Assembly: GCA_964353635.1 (NCBI GenBank) | Contig: CAYGVS010000004.1 | Location: forward strand, 1-54,106 | DNA length: 54,106 nt | Reading direction: 5' to 3' | DNA from: an uncultured archaeon | GTDB taxonomy: Archaea > Aenigmatarchaeota > Aenigmatarchaeia > QMZP01 | The notes under the pieces: generated by a model | Told to the model about the DNA's origin: nothing | The model's input: the letters and a program-made list of their open reading frames with translations, nothing else | Databases searched by the model: none | Translations under genes and position numbers: made by a program | Shown: piece after piece, positions 19,828 through 30,211 of the stretch | How positions within the stretch are numbered: the stretch's first letter is position 1 | Layout: each line of letters starts with the position of its first letter

Positions 19828-20637
19828 ATGAAGGTGTGCATGAAAGAAAATTTCTCATTCGGGAAGAACTGGCAGGTTTTCCTCAGGACTGTCAATGAGG
19901 AAAGGATAAAGGTAGCAGAACGTTCAATATCAGACTTCCTAGGAATTGGCAGCCTCAAAGGAAAGAGCTTCCTGGACATTGGCTGTGGGAGCGGCCTTTT
20001 CTCATATGCGGCTTTCAGGCTGAAAGCCAATGAGATTGTGAGCTTTGATCTGGACACCTTTTCAGTGGAATGCTGCAGGCATCTCAAAAAAGAGGCAGGA
20101 TCTCCTGACAACTGGAAGATCCTTACAGGCTCCATACTAGACAACGGATTTATATCCAAGCTCGGGAAATTTGACATTGTATACAGCTGGGGCGTTCTGC
20201 ACCATACTGGAAATATGTGGGTGGCCATAAGGAATGCCGCAGGGCTGGTGGACAAAAGGGGCTTCTTCTACATAGCCGTATACAACAAGACCAGGATGTC
20301 TGGATTTTGGCTCATCACCAAGAGGCTTTATAACTCCTTGCCGGAGGCGGGCAGGAAATCCATGGAAATGGCCTACATTATGGCTCTTATGGCAAAGAAC
20401 TGCATAAGGTTAAGGAGTTCCACAAGCGGCTTAAAGGAATACAAATCCACCAGGGGGATGGGCTGGAGGACTGATATAGCAGACTGGCTTGGTGGCTATC
20501 CATATGAATCTGCCACAGCGGAAGAGATAACTGGCTTCATGGAAAAGAACTTCCCCCGCTTCCGCCTCATCAACATAAAGAGAACCAATAGCTCAATGGG
20601 CAATAACTGGTTCTTGTTTAAAAATGGTGAACCATGA
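19828..20637 (+). CDS. Class I SAM-dependent methyltransferase
   Basis: FSFGKNW, FLDIGCGSG, SWGVLHHTG, DWLGGYPYE. Confidence 0.85.
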   Translation: MKVCMKENFSFGKNWQVFLRTVNEERIKVAERSISDFLGIGSLKGKSFLDIGCGSGLFSYAAFRLKANEIVSFDLDTFSVECCRHLKKEAGSPDNWKILTGSILDNGFISKLGKFDIVYSWGVLHHTGNMWVAIRNAAGLVDKRGFFYIAVYNKTRMSGFWLITKRLYNSLPEAGRKSMEMAYIMALMAKNCIRLRSSTSGLKEYKSTRGMGWRTDIADWLGGYPYESATAEEITGFMEKNFPRFRLINIKRTNSSMGNNWFLFKNGEP

Positions 20638-21698
20638 AAATAGCGATCCTTACCCCAATGTTCCCGCCAAAGTTCATAGGCGGAACTGAGATAGCAGCAT
20701 ATAACATTGCCAAGGGACTGTCCGAAGGCAATGATGTCCATGTAGTCACCAGAAGCCAACCCCAAAGGCTGGATGAAGGCTTCAGGACGCATTTTGTCAG
20801 GTATGTGGAAAGGCCGGGGCTGCTCAAGACGCTCTCCACATCGCTCGGGCTTTTTCTTAAAGTACGAAAAATCAAGCCGGATGTGATATATGCGGAAACT
20901 TTATTCTCAGGCGGCATAGCGGGCGTCCTTTCAAAAATATTCCTGGGAATACCTGTAGTAACAAGGCCTGTCGGGGAAATATACGTGGCCTCCAGGATCG
21001 AGAAGCTTATAATAAAATTTGTGATCAGAAACTCCAGCCTTGTGCTTGCCATGACAAAGCACATGGAAAGGGAAGTCCTAAAATATGGGAATGTCAATGT
21101 ATCCGTCTTGCCGGACGGCGTGGATTACGAGTATTTCAGAAACTATCCTGAGCAGAAAAAGATAAAGGACTCCGTCCTGTTTGTGGGAAGGCTCATAAAC
21201 CTCAAGGGTGTCTATGACCTTCTGGAATCCTTCCGCCTGCTCAAGGAGTCCGTTCCCTCGGCCAAGCTCTTCATAGCAGGCTACGGAGAGGAAGAGCAAG
21301 GTATGAGGAAGATGGTGGAGAGGCAAGGGATTAGGGATGTGACCTTCCTGGGAAAGGCGGAAAAGGAGGAAGTGGCCAGATGCATGAAGATGTGCGAACT
21401 TCTCGTTCTACCCAGCTATTCTGAGGGCTTCCCTCTCGTTCTTGCAGAGGCAATGGCCTGCGGCCTTCCCATAGTCACGACCAGTGTCAGGGGTCTTCCG
21501 GAAATAGTGAAGGATGGAATAAACGGGCTGATTGCAGAAGCAGGAGACCCAGAAGGGCTTGCTGAGAGACTGGAGAGACTTTTGAAGGATTCCAGCTTCA
21601 GGGCCAGGGTATCTGAGGATAACAAGAAGGGAGCGAAGAAATACAGATGGGATTCATTGACGGGGATTCTTGAGGAACATTTAAAAAGAATAAAATAG
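20634..21698 (+). CDS. GT4 glycosyltransferase
   Basis: GGTE, FVGRL..LKG, EGFPLVLAEAMACG. Confidence 0.9.
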   Translation: MKIAILTPMFPPKFIGGTEIAAYNIAKGLSEGNDVHVVTRSQPQRLDEGFRTHFVRYVERPGLLKTLSTSLGLFLKVRKIKPDVIYAETLFSGGIAGVLSKIFLGIPVVTRPVGEIYVASRIEKLIIKFVIRNSSLVLAMTKHMEREVLKYGNVNVSVLPDGVDYEYFRNYPEQKKIKDSVLFVGRLINLKGVYDLLESFRLLKESVPSAKLFIAGYGEEEQGMRKMVERQGIRDVTFLGKAEKEEVARCMKMCELLVLPSYSEGFPLVLAEAMACGLPIVTTSVRGLPEIVKDGINGLIAEAGDPEGLAERLERLLKDSSFRARVSEDNKKGAKKYRWDSLTGILEEHLKRIK

Positions 21699-21707
21699 TT
21701 TTTTACT

Positions 21708-21797
21708 ATGGTCAGGGTTGTTGTAAAGGGATGCACAGGGTTCATAGGATCGCATTTGGCCGAGGGGCTCTTTGCCTTGAGATGGTATACAAGGTGA
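21708..21797 (+). pseudogene. Collapsed remnant of an NDP-sugar epimerase paralogous to 9779..10729
   Basis: Translates MVRVVVKGCTGFIGSHLAEGL then stops; compare MNSVIVTGCAGFIGSHLTERL; IKEMV at about 21805 resembles the paralog's C-terminal LKEMI. Confidence 0.75.
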
Positions 21798-21826
21798 CGA
21801 TGATATCAAGGAAATGGTGAATTAAA

Positions 21827-23650
21827 GTGTGCGGGATAGTCGGGTTCAGTTGGGAGGATAAGGACTTGATTAGACAATGTGCCAGAACTATCGCTCACAG
21901 GGGTCCTGACGGAGAAGGTTATTATACAGACAGCCATGTTTCCCTTGGGCATAGGAGGCTTAGCATTATAGACCTTTCAGAGAGGGGAAAGCAGCCCATG
22001 TCAAATGAGGACGGGAGCGTCTGGATTGTATTCAACGGCGAGATATACAATTACAAGGAGCTTAGAGTCAGTCTCGAGAAGAAGGGTCACAAATTCTCCT
22101 CAGGGACAGACACAGAGGTGATTGTCCATGCGTATGAAGAGTTCGAGGGCGATTGTGTAAAAAAGTTCATGGGGATGTTCGCCTTCTGCATATGGGACTC
22201 GAAAAAACGTGTGCTCTTCCTCGCCAGGGATCATGTTGGGAAGAAGCCCCTTTACTTCCATTGGGATGGAGAGAGGTTCATATTCGCATCAGAGATAAAG
22301 GCCATAATCAGGGCAGGGGTGGAAAGGGCGGTGAACATGGGGTCCCTTCATGCTTTCCTGGGCTTCAATTACATCCCCGGCGAGCAGACGTTCTTCAAAG
22401 GCGTTAGAAAGCTCCTTCCCTGCCACACCCTCACGCTTAAGGACGGTAAGGTAAACACAAGTCAGTATTGGGACATCAGGGAGGACATCCTTGAGAGGGA
22501 TGAGGATTACTTTGTCCGGGAGCTTGAAAGCAAGCTTGAGGAGGCCACAAAGTTAAGGATGTTTGCATCTGACGTACCTATTGGGGCATTCCTCTCCGGA
22601 GGGATCGACTCGAGCAGCATCGTGGCGATGGCTGGCAAACACGTGGATTACAAGATGCACACATTCAGCGTAGGGTTTGGGGACTTCTTCTCGGAGCTCA
22701 AAGGGGCGATGGTGGTGGCCGAACATCTGGGAACCTCTCACCACGAGTTCAATCTGGATCCGAAGAAGGTTCTTAGAGAGCTACCTAGAATAGCATGGCA
22801 ATTCGATGAGCCTGTAGGGGATCCGGGATTGATACCGAATTTTTTCCTTTCACAGGAGGCCAGGAAGTACGTCAAGGTCGTCCTGGCAGGGGAAGGAGGG
22901 GACGAGCTTTTCGGTGGATATCAGCATTACAAAGCTGTGCTTGGAGCGCATAATCTCAGAATCCCCAAAATCGCCAGGCTGGGCATAGGGGCTGCTGCAA
23001 ACACCTTACCAACTTCTCTTGTTGGGGGGAGGAAGAGAAGATACGCCCTATTTCATTCAAAAACCAGCCTCGAGGATATGTACTTTGCCTCTGTAAGGTT
23101 CATGTCAGATAGGGAAGTAAGCTGGCTGGCAAGGGAAAGTGTGGGAGAGCTTAACTCGCTCGCGGTCAAGCCATCCCCTGGATTCAGGAAACCCCTCAAC
23201 ATTCTCCTGGCCATGGACTTCAAAAACACCCTTCCTGAAAAATACCTCATGAAGGCGGACAAGGCCACGATGGCCAATTCCATAGAGGAGAGGCTTCCTC
23301 TTATAGACAGGAATGTTGTGGATTTCGCCTTTAGGATACCCCCATGGTTCAAGATAAGGGGTGGTCAGGAAAAATATATCCTGAGGAAGGCCATGCAGAG
23401 AAAGCTCCCCGGTGCCATCATATCCAAGAAGAAGCAGGGCTTCGGCACTCCAATTGAGGCTTGGATGGCAGGGGAGATGGGGGAGGCAGCGAAGGAAACT
23501 TTAGAAAAAAGCAAAATCGTGAAGGATTATTTCAGCATTGAACGGGTGCGGGGAATTTTGAATGGCCGAAAGGGGAACTACAGACAGGCGCTGTTGTTGT
23601 GGCTTCTTTATTCTTTATGCCTATGGGAAAATACACTAGATAGGCGATAA
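21827..23650 (+). CDS. asnB: Asparagine synthase-type glutamine amidotransferase, copy 2
   Basis: GTG start, MCGI, HRGPD, LSGGIDSS, GEGGDELFGGY; colinear with copy 1. Confidence 0.92.
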   Translation: MCGIVGFSWEDKDLIRQCARTIAHRGPDGEGYYTDSHVSLGHRRLSIIDLSERGKQPMSNEDGSVWIVFNGEIYNYKELRVSLEKKGHKFSSGTDTEVIVHAYEEFEGDCVKKFMGMFAFCIWDSKKRVLFLARDHVGKKPLYFHWDGERFIFASEIKAIIRAGVERAVNMGSLHAFLGFNYIPGEQTFFKGVRKLLPCHTLTLKDGKVNTSQYWDIREDILERDEDYFVRELESKLEEATKLRMFASDVPIGAFLSGGIDSSSIVAMAGKHVDYKMHTFSVGFGDFFSELKGAMVVAEHLGTSHHEFNLDPKKVLRELPRIAWQFDEPVGDPGLIPNFFLSQEARKYVKVVLAGEGGDELFGGYQHYKAVLGAHNLRIPKIARLGIGAAANTLPTSLVGGRKRRYALFHSKTSLEDMYFASVRFMSDREVSWLARESVGELNSLAVKPSPGFRKPLNILLAMDFKNTLPEKYLMKADKATMANSIEERLPLIDRNVVDFAFRIPPWFKIRGGQEKYILRKAMQRKLPGAIISKKKQGFGTPIEAWMAGEMGEAAKETLEKSKIVKDYFSIERVRGILNGRKGNYRQALLLWLLYSLCLWENTLDRR

Positions 23651-23731
23651 TTCCCTAATTTTATATTTTGAAGGATTAAATCTAAAGTATGACCGATGCG
23701 GACAGAATGGCACAAACTTGTACTATTTATA

Positions 23732-25198
23732 TTAGTGTATAGATGATTGAAATTGCTTGTGATAAAGGCCTTGGAACGACTCGAATATTTCTTTGTCAAT
23801 GTTAAAACCGAAGAGTCCGTGTTTCATCCTGAAATCAGCTATTTTCTTGAAAGGGAATTCTAGAAGTGCCTTCGTGAATGAATCGGGTGTTGATTGAGCC
23901 CTCATCACATAGAACCAAGCGTTTGCGGCGATATCCGGTTCTGATATCCAGGGAAGCGAATCCAGGGATGCATACCCTTCGAAAAGATTCTTGCTTGACC
24001 ATTCCCTTAGCGTAAGAGGCTCCTTAAAGAGTCCCTTAACCTCATTGTAAAGGCTGCAACCTGGATAAGGTCTAAAAACCTGGGGTCCGATTATGTAAGC
24101 TTTGGGGTTTATTTTCTTGATTTTTGTAATCAACCTTAGCGTTTCCATCATATCCTTTTTTTCTTCGCCAGGAATACCTATCATGAAGGAACATATTGTA
24201 TTAATATCAAATTTCCTACATGTAGTGACTGCGTTTAATATCTGTGGCATTGTAATCTCTTTTTTCAATTTGTTAAGGATTTTTTCTGAGCCGGATTCTA
24301 TCCCCATGGCCAGTGTGGTGCAGCCGCTCTTCTTAGCAAGTCGCATAAGACTATTATTCAAATGGTTTTCGTTGAAATAGTTTGCCCTGGTGTTTGCATG
24401 CCATTTCACATCAATATTTTCTGAAATCATTGCCTCACAGAACTCCTCAACCCTTTTTTTGTTTACGAAAAAATTCTCATCCATGAATTGGATATATTCA
24501 ATGCCGTATCTTTCTGTGAGTATTTTCACCTCATCGAGTATTTTTCCAGCGTTTAGTGGTCTCCATCTGTTTTCCAAAAGGTTTATGCAGAATGCACAAT
24601 TGTATACACAGCCCCTTCCTGAATGAAGAGGTAAGGATTTGCCAAAGGATTTTCCTCCTATTTTGAAATCGCTTATATATTCCCTGATTTTTAGTATTTC
24701 CCATTCCGGTGGAGACAATGTATTTAGATCCAGAAATTCCCTTTTAGGAGTCACTCTAACTTTACCGTTTTCCTTATAAACAAGCCCCTTAATGTCGCTT
24801 ATTTTTCCTTTTCCTTCAAGCCAGGATGACAGCTCTAACAGCGTGATTTCCCCTTCATTGGTTATCACAAAGTCGACTGACTTGTCCTCGACTGTTTGTT
24901 TGGGATACAGTGTTGGGTGTATCCCGCCCCATACGACTTTGATGTCAGGATCCTTTTCTTTTACCAAATCAGATAGTTCTATTGCATTTTTCACTTGGTT
25001 CGTCATTACAGAAAATCCTACTATATCCGATTTCAGAATAAGTGGCCTGAGTTTTTTTCCGATGTTTTCTATTTGAGAATCGACAACCTTTACTGTATGC
25101 CCTTTTCTGTGCAACGCGGTTGCCAGATATAAGAGCGACAAATGTAACTGTTTTTGCGATTTTTTCTCCCCCTCTGGATTAACCAGGGTTATTTTCAT
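23732..25198 (-). CDS. B12-binding domain radical SAM protein
   Basis: WGGIHPT, NEGE, GRGCVYNCAFC (CxxxCxxC), GIESGS, PYPG. Confidence 0.9.
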   Translation of the reverse strand: MKITLVNPEGEKKSQKQLHLSLLYLATALHRKGHTVKVVDSQIENIGKKLRPLILKSDIVGFSVMTNQVKNAIELSDLVKEKDPDIKVVWGGIHPTLYPKQTVEDKSVDFVITNEGEITLLELSSWLEGKGKISDIKGLVYKENGKVRVTPKREFLDLNTLSPPEWEILKIREYISDFKIGGKSFGKSLPLHSGRGCVYNCAFCINLLENRWRPLNAGKILDEVKILTERYGIEYIQFMDENFFVNKKRVEEFCEAMISENIDVKWHANTRANYFNENHLNNSLMRLAKKSGCTTLAMGIESGSEKILNKLKKEITMPQILNAVTTCRKFDINTICSFMIGIPGEEKKDMMETLRLITKIKKINPKAYIIGPQVFRPYPGCSLYNEVKGLFKEPLTLREWSSKNLFEGYASLDSLPWISEPDIAANAWFYVMRAQSTPDSFTKALLEFPFKKIADFRMKHGLFGFNIDKEIFESFQGLYHKQFQSSIH

Positions 25199-25252
25199 AA
25201 TAATAAAACGAAAATACACTTAAATATTCAGTATAAGGTAAATGACGGTAGT

Positions 25253-26770
25253 ATGAATGAGAAAGAAGTTGAAATGGGATACTTAAAAACCATAGCGAAG
25301 GGAGCGGGATTAGTACTGATAGGAATGATAATTTCTAAGTTTATTAGCTTTCTTTATTTGATTTTCGTTGCAAGGTATTTCGGGGTGCAGGATTATGGGA
25401 TGTTTTCCTTGGTAATTGCGGTTATAGGAGTTGTTAGCGTGCTGGCGGTTCTGGGATTACCAACAGCTGTCACAAGATTCGTATCTTATTACGAAAGTAA
25501 AAAATCCAAACATAAAACCAAGGGGATTGTGATTGGATCACTAAAGATGTCGCTTCTGCTTTCGACAGCAATCACCATAATTCTTATCCTGTTCTCTGAT
25601 CTTATTGCTTTCTACTTGTTCCATGACTCAACTGGAAAAATGAGCCCCTTGATAAAGATAATGAGCCTTTCCATTCCTTTTTATTCTTTGTTCACGATTT
25701 CTAACTCTGCATCCGTAGGCCTCAAGAAGGTGGAACATAAGGTGTATACTGAATATATATCCCAGAACCTTCTGAAGCTTGTTTTCACTTTCATATTCGG
25801 GATAATTGGACTGGGTGTTATTGGGATAGGCCTTGGCTGGGCGGTATCGATAATGCTTACTGGACTCCTTGCAGCATACCTTCTGAACAGGATCTTTCCC
25901 CTGAAAGGAAAGATCAAAGCCCCGAATATGAAAACTGAGCTGATGAAATTCTCCTTTCCTCTGCTGCTGATAAGCTTTCTAGGGGTGATTGTCACTTATG
26001 CAGACAGTATAATGATAGGCTTCTTCAAGAATCCGGAAAGCGTCGGCATATACAATGCTGCAATGCCAGTGGCCCAGATCCTAATGGCGCCTTCAGCCAT
26101 TATCGTTTCCCTTCTGCTCCCAGTATTCTCGGAAGCTTACGTAAAAAAGGGAATTGAGGATGTCAAGAAAATTTTCATCACGGTTTCAAAATGGTCATTT
26201 TATATGGCGTTTCCCTTCCTGATTTTGTTCATTACTTTCCCTTCTTTCATTCTCAGCTTCATTTTCAGTAATGCTTTCTTTGGGGATAACATAACCACGG
26301 GAAGCATGACGCTAGTCCTTTTGTCCTGCGGTTACTTCGTGACATTCATCACTCAGCCCATTATTAACCTCTTCTATCTACTGAAGAAGAACAAGGTACT
26401 GCTCATAATAAGCGCTATAGGAGGATTAACCAACTTTCTGCTGAACCTTGCTCTCATTCCAGAGTATGGTATAATTGGTGCCTCTTCGGCTTTGCTGGTA
26501 TCGTATCTTTTGAATTCCGTCATTTTCGTCGCCATGGCATGGAGATATACAGGGACAACAGGCTTCAGCCTTGACTATTCAAAAAGCATAATTGCTGTAT
26601 TGGTGTCAATAAGCATTAGTATGCTCCTGAAAGGCCATATTTCCTTCATCTTCATAGGAATAGCTTATTTCGGCTTCTACACGATTTTACTGCTGCTTTT
26701 GAAAGGATTCTCAAAAGCAGACAAAGAGATATTCAATGCTATATTGAGAAGGCTGGGGAAAAGAAAATAA
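25253..26770 (+). CDS. Oligosaccharide flippase (Wzx/MOP family)
   Basis: About 12-14 TM helices, 'ARYFG..DYG', 'DSIMIG', 'VGIYNAA', 'LIPEYGIIGA'. Confidence 0.9.
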   Translation: MNEKEVEMGYLKTIAKGAGLVLIGMIISKFISFLYLIFVARYFGVQDYGMFSLVIAVIGVVSVLAVLGLPTAVTRFVSYYESKKSKHKTKGIVIGSLKMSLLLSTAITIILILFSDLIAFYLFHDSTGKMSPLIKIMSLSIPFYSLFTISNSASVGLKKVEHKVYTEYISQNLLKLVFTFIFGIIGLGVIGIGLGWAVSIMLTGLLAAYLLNRIFPLKGKIKAPNMKTELMKFSFPLLLISFLGVIVTYADSIMIGFFKNPESVGIYNAAMPVAQILMAPSAIIVSLLLPVFSEAYVKKGIEDVKKIFITVSKWSFYMAFPFLILFITFPSFILSFIFSNAFFGDNITTGSMTLVLLSCGYFVTFITQPIINLFYLLKKNKVLLIISAIGGLTNFLLNLALIPEYGIIGASSALLVSYLLNSVIFVAMAWRYTGTTGFSLDYSKSIIAVLVSISISMLLKGHISFIFIGIAYFGFYTILLLLLKGFSKADKEIFNAILRRLGKRK

Positions 26771-26808
26771 TATTGAAAATAGAATTCTTGTAAAAATACA
26801 TAAAAATA

Positions 26809-27321
26809 TTATTTCAGAACTCTTAATTTAATCTCAAGATCGACTCGAACAGGTTTTATTAGCATAGGTATTCTTTCTATCACCCTCACATTAAGCCATG
26901 TCACCCTTTTTTCTATTATTTTGAATCTTTCTTTGGGGTATTTATTAAAACAGCTATAGACAAGCATAGATGTTATAGTTTTAGGATCAAACGCCTTGAA
27001 CCATTCAGGAGAGAAATCATGCTTATGTTCGGGGTTCCAAAGAACGCTTTTACGTTTATACCAGGGTACTTTTACGTCAACAATTGCATTAGGCTTACAT
27101 ATTCTCCAAATTTCTTTCATTGCTTGAAGAGGATTGTCAAGATGCTCAAGTAAATGCCACATCCTAACTTCGGATATACTAGAATCCTTTATGGGCCAGG
27201 GAAATTTGTTCAAATCGTAAATTATGTCTGCGGGCTTATTCCTATCTATATTTATGAAACCCTCTTCATTTTTCTTTCCAGAACCGATGTTAAGTTTTAT
27301 GGTGTTGGATGGTCTTTTCAT
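26809..27321 (-). CDS. Small SAM-dependent methyltransferase (type 11-like)
   Basis: KLNIGSG, INID, HLLEHL, EIWRICKP. Confidence 0.8.
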   Translation of the reverse strand: MKRPSNTIKLNIGSGKKNEEGFINIDRNKPADIIYDLNKFPWPIKDSSISEVRMWHLLEHLDNPLQAMKEIWRICKPNAIVDVKVPWYKRKSVLWNPEHKHDFSPEWFKAFDPKTITSMLVYSCFNKYPKERFKIIEKRVTWLNVRVIERIPMLIKPVRVDLEIKLRVLK

Positions 27322-27403
27322 ATTTATCAATATAGTCGAATATTTAATAGAATTCTTATAGAAGGCATTAAATAAGCTTTGTATTAAATACTTAGTGAAA
27401 AGT

Positions 27404-28954
27404 ATGAAAGTTATATTGGCAAATCCACCATGGACCCCTGGAAGCTGCAGAGCGGCCTCGAGGTGGCCACATAAGAAAGAAAATGAGTTTGTTAAACCAA
27501 GTTCTTTAGATAATATTATTTGCACTTTAGGGAGGACGAAAGATTCAAAAGAAATCGTTCCTTATTCGGAATTTCCATTTTATTTAGGTTATGCTGCGGC
27601 TATCTTGGAACAAAATGGCCATAAGGTAAAGCTAATCGATTCTTTGGTTACTAATCAGACAAGAAATGGGTTTTTAATTCAGGTAAAAAATTATTCTCCA
27701 GATGTTATAGTTTTTGAAACATCGACCCCTTCATTTAAGAATGATATTGAACTCCTTAAAGATGTTTCAAGAATTACAAAATGTAAAAAAGTGCTATGTG
27801 GTCCGCATGTTAGCGCTTTACCAGAAGAGACTCTAAAGAGCGAGTTTGTTGATTTTGTTCTGATAGGTGAATATGAAATTTCTTTGAATAATTTGATAGA
27901 ATGCATTGAAAAAAGGACAAATTTGGAGGATGTTAAAGGAATAGCTTTCAAAAGTGGGAGAAAGGTGGTAAAAACTCCGCTACAGCCTATTGTCGATTTG
28001 GATAAGCTCCCATTCCCGGCCTGGCATCTAATGCCGCTAAAGAGATATTATAATCCTGCGCCAGGAACAAAAACGACCATGGAAGTGATGTCCTCGAGAG
28101 GCTGCCCTTACAAATGCACCTATTGCATTTACCCTCAACTCATGTATAGAACATCTCAAGTAAGGTTCAGAAAACCTGAAAACGTTGTTGATGAGATAGA
28201 AATATTGATAAAAAAATACGGAAAACGGGGAATATATTTCAATGATGATACCTTCGCTCTTACGAAGAAGCATGTTCTTGCAATATGTCAAGAAATTAAG
28301 AAAAGAAGATTGAATTTCAGATGGGCTTGTTTTGGTAGGGTTGATACAATAGATTATGAAATGCTAAAAGAAATGAAGAATGCAGGCTGCGTTTATATCC
28401 AATATGGTGTAGAATCCGGGTCTCAGAAGATACTCGGTAACATTAAGAAAGGAATTAGAATAGAACAAATAAAAAATGCGTTTAAAATGACTTATTCGGT
28501 TGGAATAAAAGCACATGGAACATTCATGATAGGTCTGCCTGGAGAATCAAAAGAGACCATAAAGGAAACGATGAAATTGATTTCAGAAATCGATTGTGAT
28601 TCGTTGGTTTTTGCTCTTTGTACACCATTCCCTGGGACAGAAATGTACAGAGAAGCCTCAGAAAAAAATTGGTTAGAGGAATCGGACTGGGAAAAATACG
28701 ATGGGTATAATTTCGTTGTAATGAGAACTGAGTATATGTCTAGAAAGGAAATCAAAGCGGCTTTTGACTATATTAGGAAATGGTGGGAAGTATATAGAAA
28801 AATGAGAAAGAAGGATATAAAAAGATTCATAAAAACCAGATACAGAGAAGATGGAATTGAAAATCTGTTAAAAGTTGGGTTATCAAAATCGATTGAATTG
28901 ATGAGAGATGTTCGCGAAAAGAAGAAAAATCTCAGAAAAATGTCATTGAATTAG
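27404..28954 (+). CDS. B12-binding domain radical SAM protein
   Basis: CGPHVS, GEYE, SRGCPYKCTYC, GVESGS, PFPGT. Confidence 0.9.
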   Translation: MKVILANPPWTPGSCRAASRWPHKKENEFVKPSSLDNIICTLGRTKDSKEIVPYSEFPFYLGYAAAILEQNGHKVKLIDSLVTNQTRNGFLIQVKNYSPDVIVFETSTPSFKNDIELLKDVSRITKCKKVLCGPHVSALPEETLKSEFVDFVLIGEYEISLNNLIECIEKRTNLEDVKGIAFKSGRKVVKTPLQPIVDLDKLPFPAWHLMPLKRYYNPAPGTKTTMEVMSSRGCPYKCTYCIYPQLMYRTSQVRFRKPENVVDEIEILIKKYGKRGIYFNDDTFALTKKHVLAICQEIKKRRLNFRWACFGRVDTIDYEMLKEMKNAGCVYIQYGVESGSQKILGNIKKGIRIEQIKNAFKMTYSVGIKAHGTFMIGLPGESKETIKETMKLISEIDCDSLVFALCTPFPGTEMYREASEKNWLEESDWEKYDGYNFVVMRTEYMSRKEIKAAFDYIRKWWEVYRKMRKKDIKRFIKTRYREDGIENLLKVGLSKSIELMRDVREKKKNLRKMSLN

Positions 28955-30121
28955 TTTATCATAAATCCTAATATATTTTTTGCATAGAACGTCCCAGGAG
29001 AATTCTTTTTCGGCCACGAGTCTTGACTTTTTTGACATCTCTTTCAATCTGTTTTTGTCCGAAAGAGCTTCTAGTATCGTTTTTGTTAATCCTAGCGTAT
29101 CTCCAGATTTCACAAGAAATCCTGTCCCGTGTTTATTGATTATTTTTTTCTGATCCCCATTACTGGTTGCTATGCAAGGCAGTCCACATGCCATATAAGT
29201 TGTTAGTTTTGTCGGAAAACTTACATGTCCCATTAATGAGTATGTCCTCAGAGATAAACCGATCTCTGCGGCCCTGATATACTCAGGCATTTCAGTGTAA
29301 TCTATTTGGCCTGTCATTATTACCTGATTCTTAAATAGAGGATTTTGAGCGATTTTGATATACTTTTCCAAATCGGACCCTCCACCCACTATTAAAAAAA
29401 CAATATCTTTTCTTTGTTTAACTATCTGCGCAATGCTTTCGAAAAGTGTATCTATTCCTTGATAGGATTCAATGCAACCCGCAAACAATACAACATTTTT
29501 TTCTTGTAATGAATATTTTTTCCTTATGTGATTGTCCTTATTACCCGGATAAAAGAGTCTCGTATTTACGCCAACTGGAATGGATTCAATTTTGTCTTCG
29601 GGTATTCCAATATTAATTAACATTTCCATAAGGCTGTCCGAAGTTGCAACAATGAAATCAGAATATTTTCTTAAAACTTTTGCAACCATGTACCAAGGGA
29701 ACCATCTCAATTTCTTTATTGTATTTTTATAGGTTATTTCTTCTGGAACGAGTCCATGCATGTCATATACCATTGGGACCTTATATGATCTCTTTACAGG
29801 ATAGGCACTTATAGCAGTTTGAAAAATATGAGCATGGATTAAGTCTGGTTGGTTGTTTTCACATGCTTTTTCTATCCAATGTGAAAACCGTACTGTGTCG
29901 AAAACATATGATCTTTCAAAAGGTCTTTTATTTATTAATTTATATTGATAAATTTTTATGCCATTCTTTTCAAAAACTCTAGTGTTGTTGGACACAGAAC
30001 ATGCAAATACTTTGTGGTTTTCAATCTTTAGATGAGATGATATCTCCCAAGCTCTTATTGGAGAGCCTGCAGGTTCCAATATATCTCTGTATATAGTTTG
30101 GCAAATGTTATAATTGGTCAT
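28943..30121 (-). CDS. GT4 glycosyltransferase
   Basis: DLIHAH, YDMHG, FPTKLTTYMACGLP. Confidence 0.88.
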   Translation of the reverse strand: MTNYNICQTIYRDILEPAGSPIRAWEISSHLKIENHKVFACSVSNNTRVFEKNGIKIYQYKLINKRPFERSYVFDTVRFSHWIEKACENNQPDLIHAHIFQTAISAYPVKRSYKVPMVYDMHGLVPEEITYKNTIKKLRWFPWYMVAKVLRKYSDFIVATSDSLMEMLINIGIPEDKIESIPVGVNTRLFYPGNKDNHIRKKYSLQEKNVVLFAGCIESYQGIDTLFESIAQIVKQRKDIVFLIVGGGSDLEKYIKIAQNPLFKNQVIMTGQIDYTEMPEYIRAAEIGLSLRTYSLMGHVSFPTKLTTYMACGLPCIATSNGDQKKIINKHGTGFLVKSGDTLGLTKTILEALSDKNRLKEMSKKSRLVAEKEFSWDVLCKKYIRIYDKLIQ

Positions 30122-30211
30122 TTTATAACCCGTTTATCTATAACTTGTTTTATAGTTCATTACTAATCTCATTTATAATACATTTAAATAAAGTTAAACA
30201 AAAAATTATTT

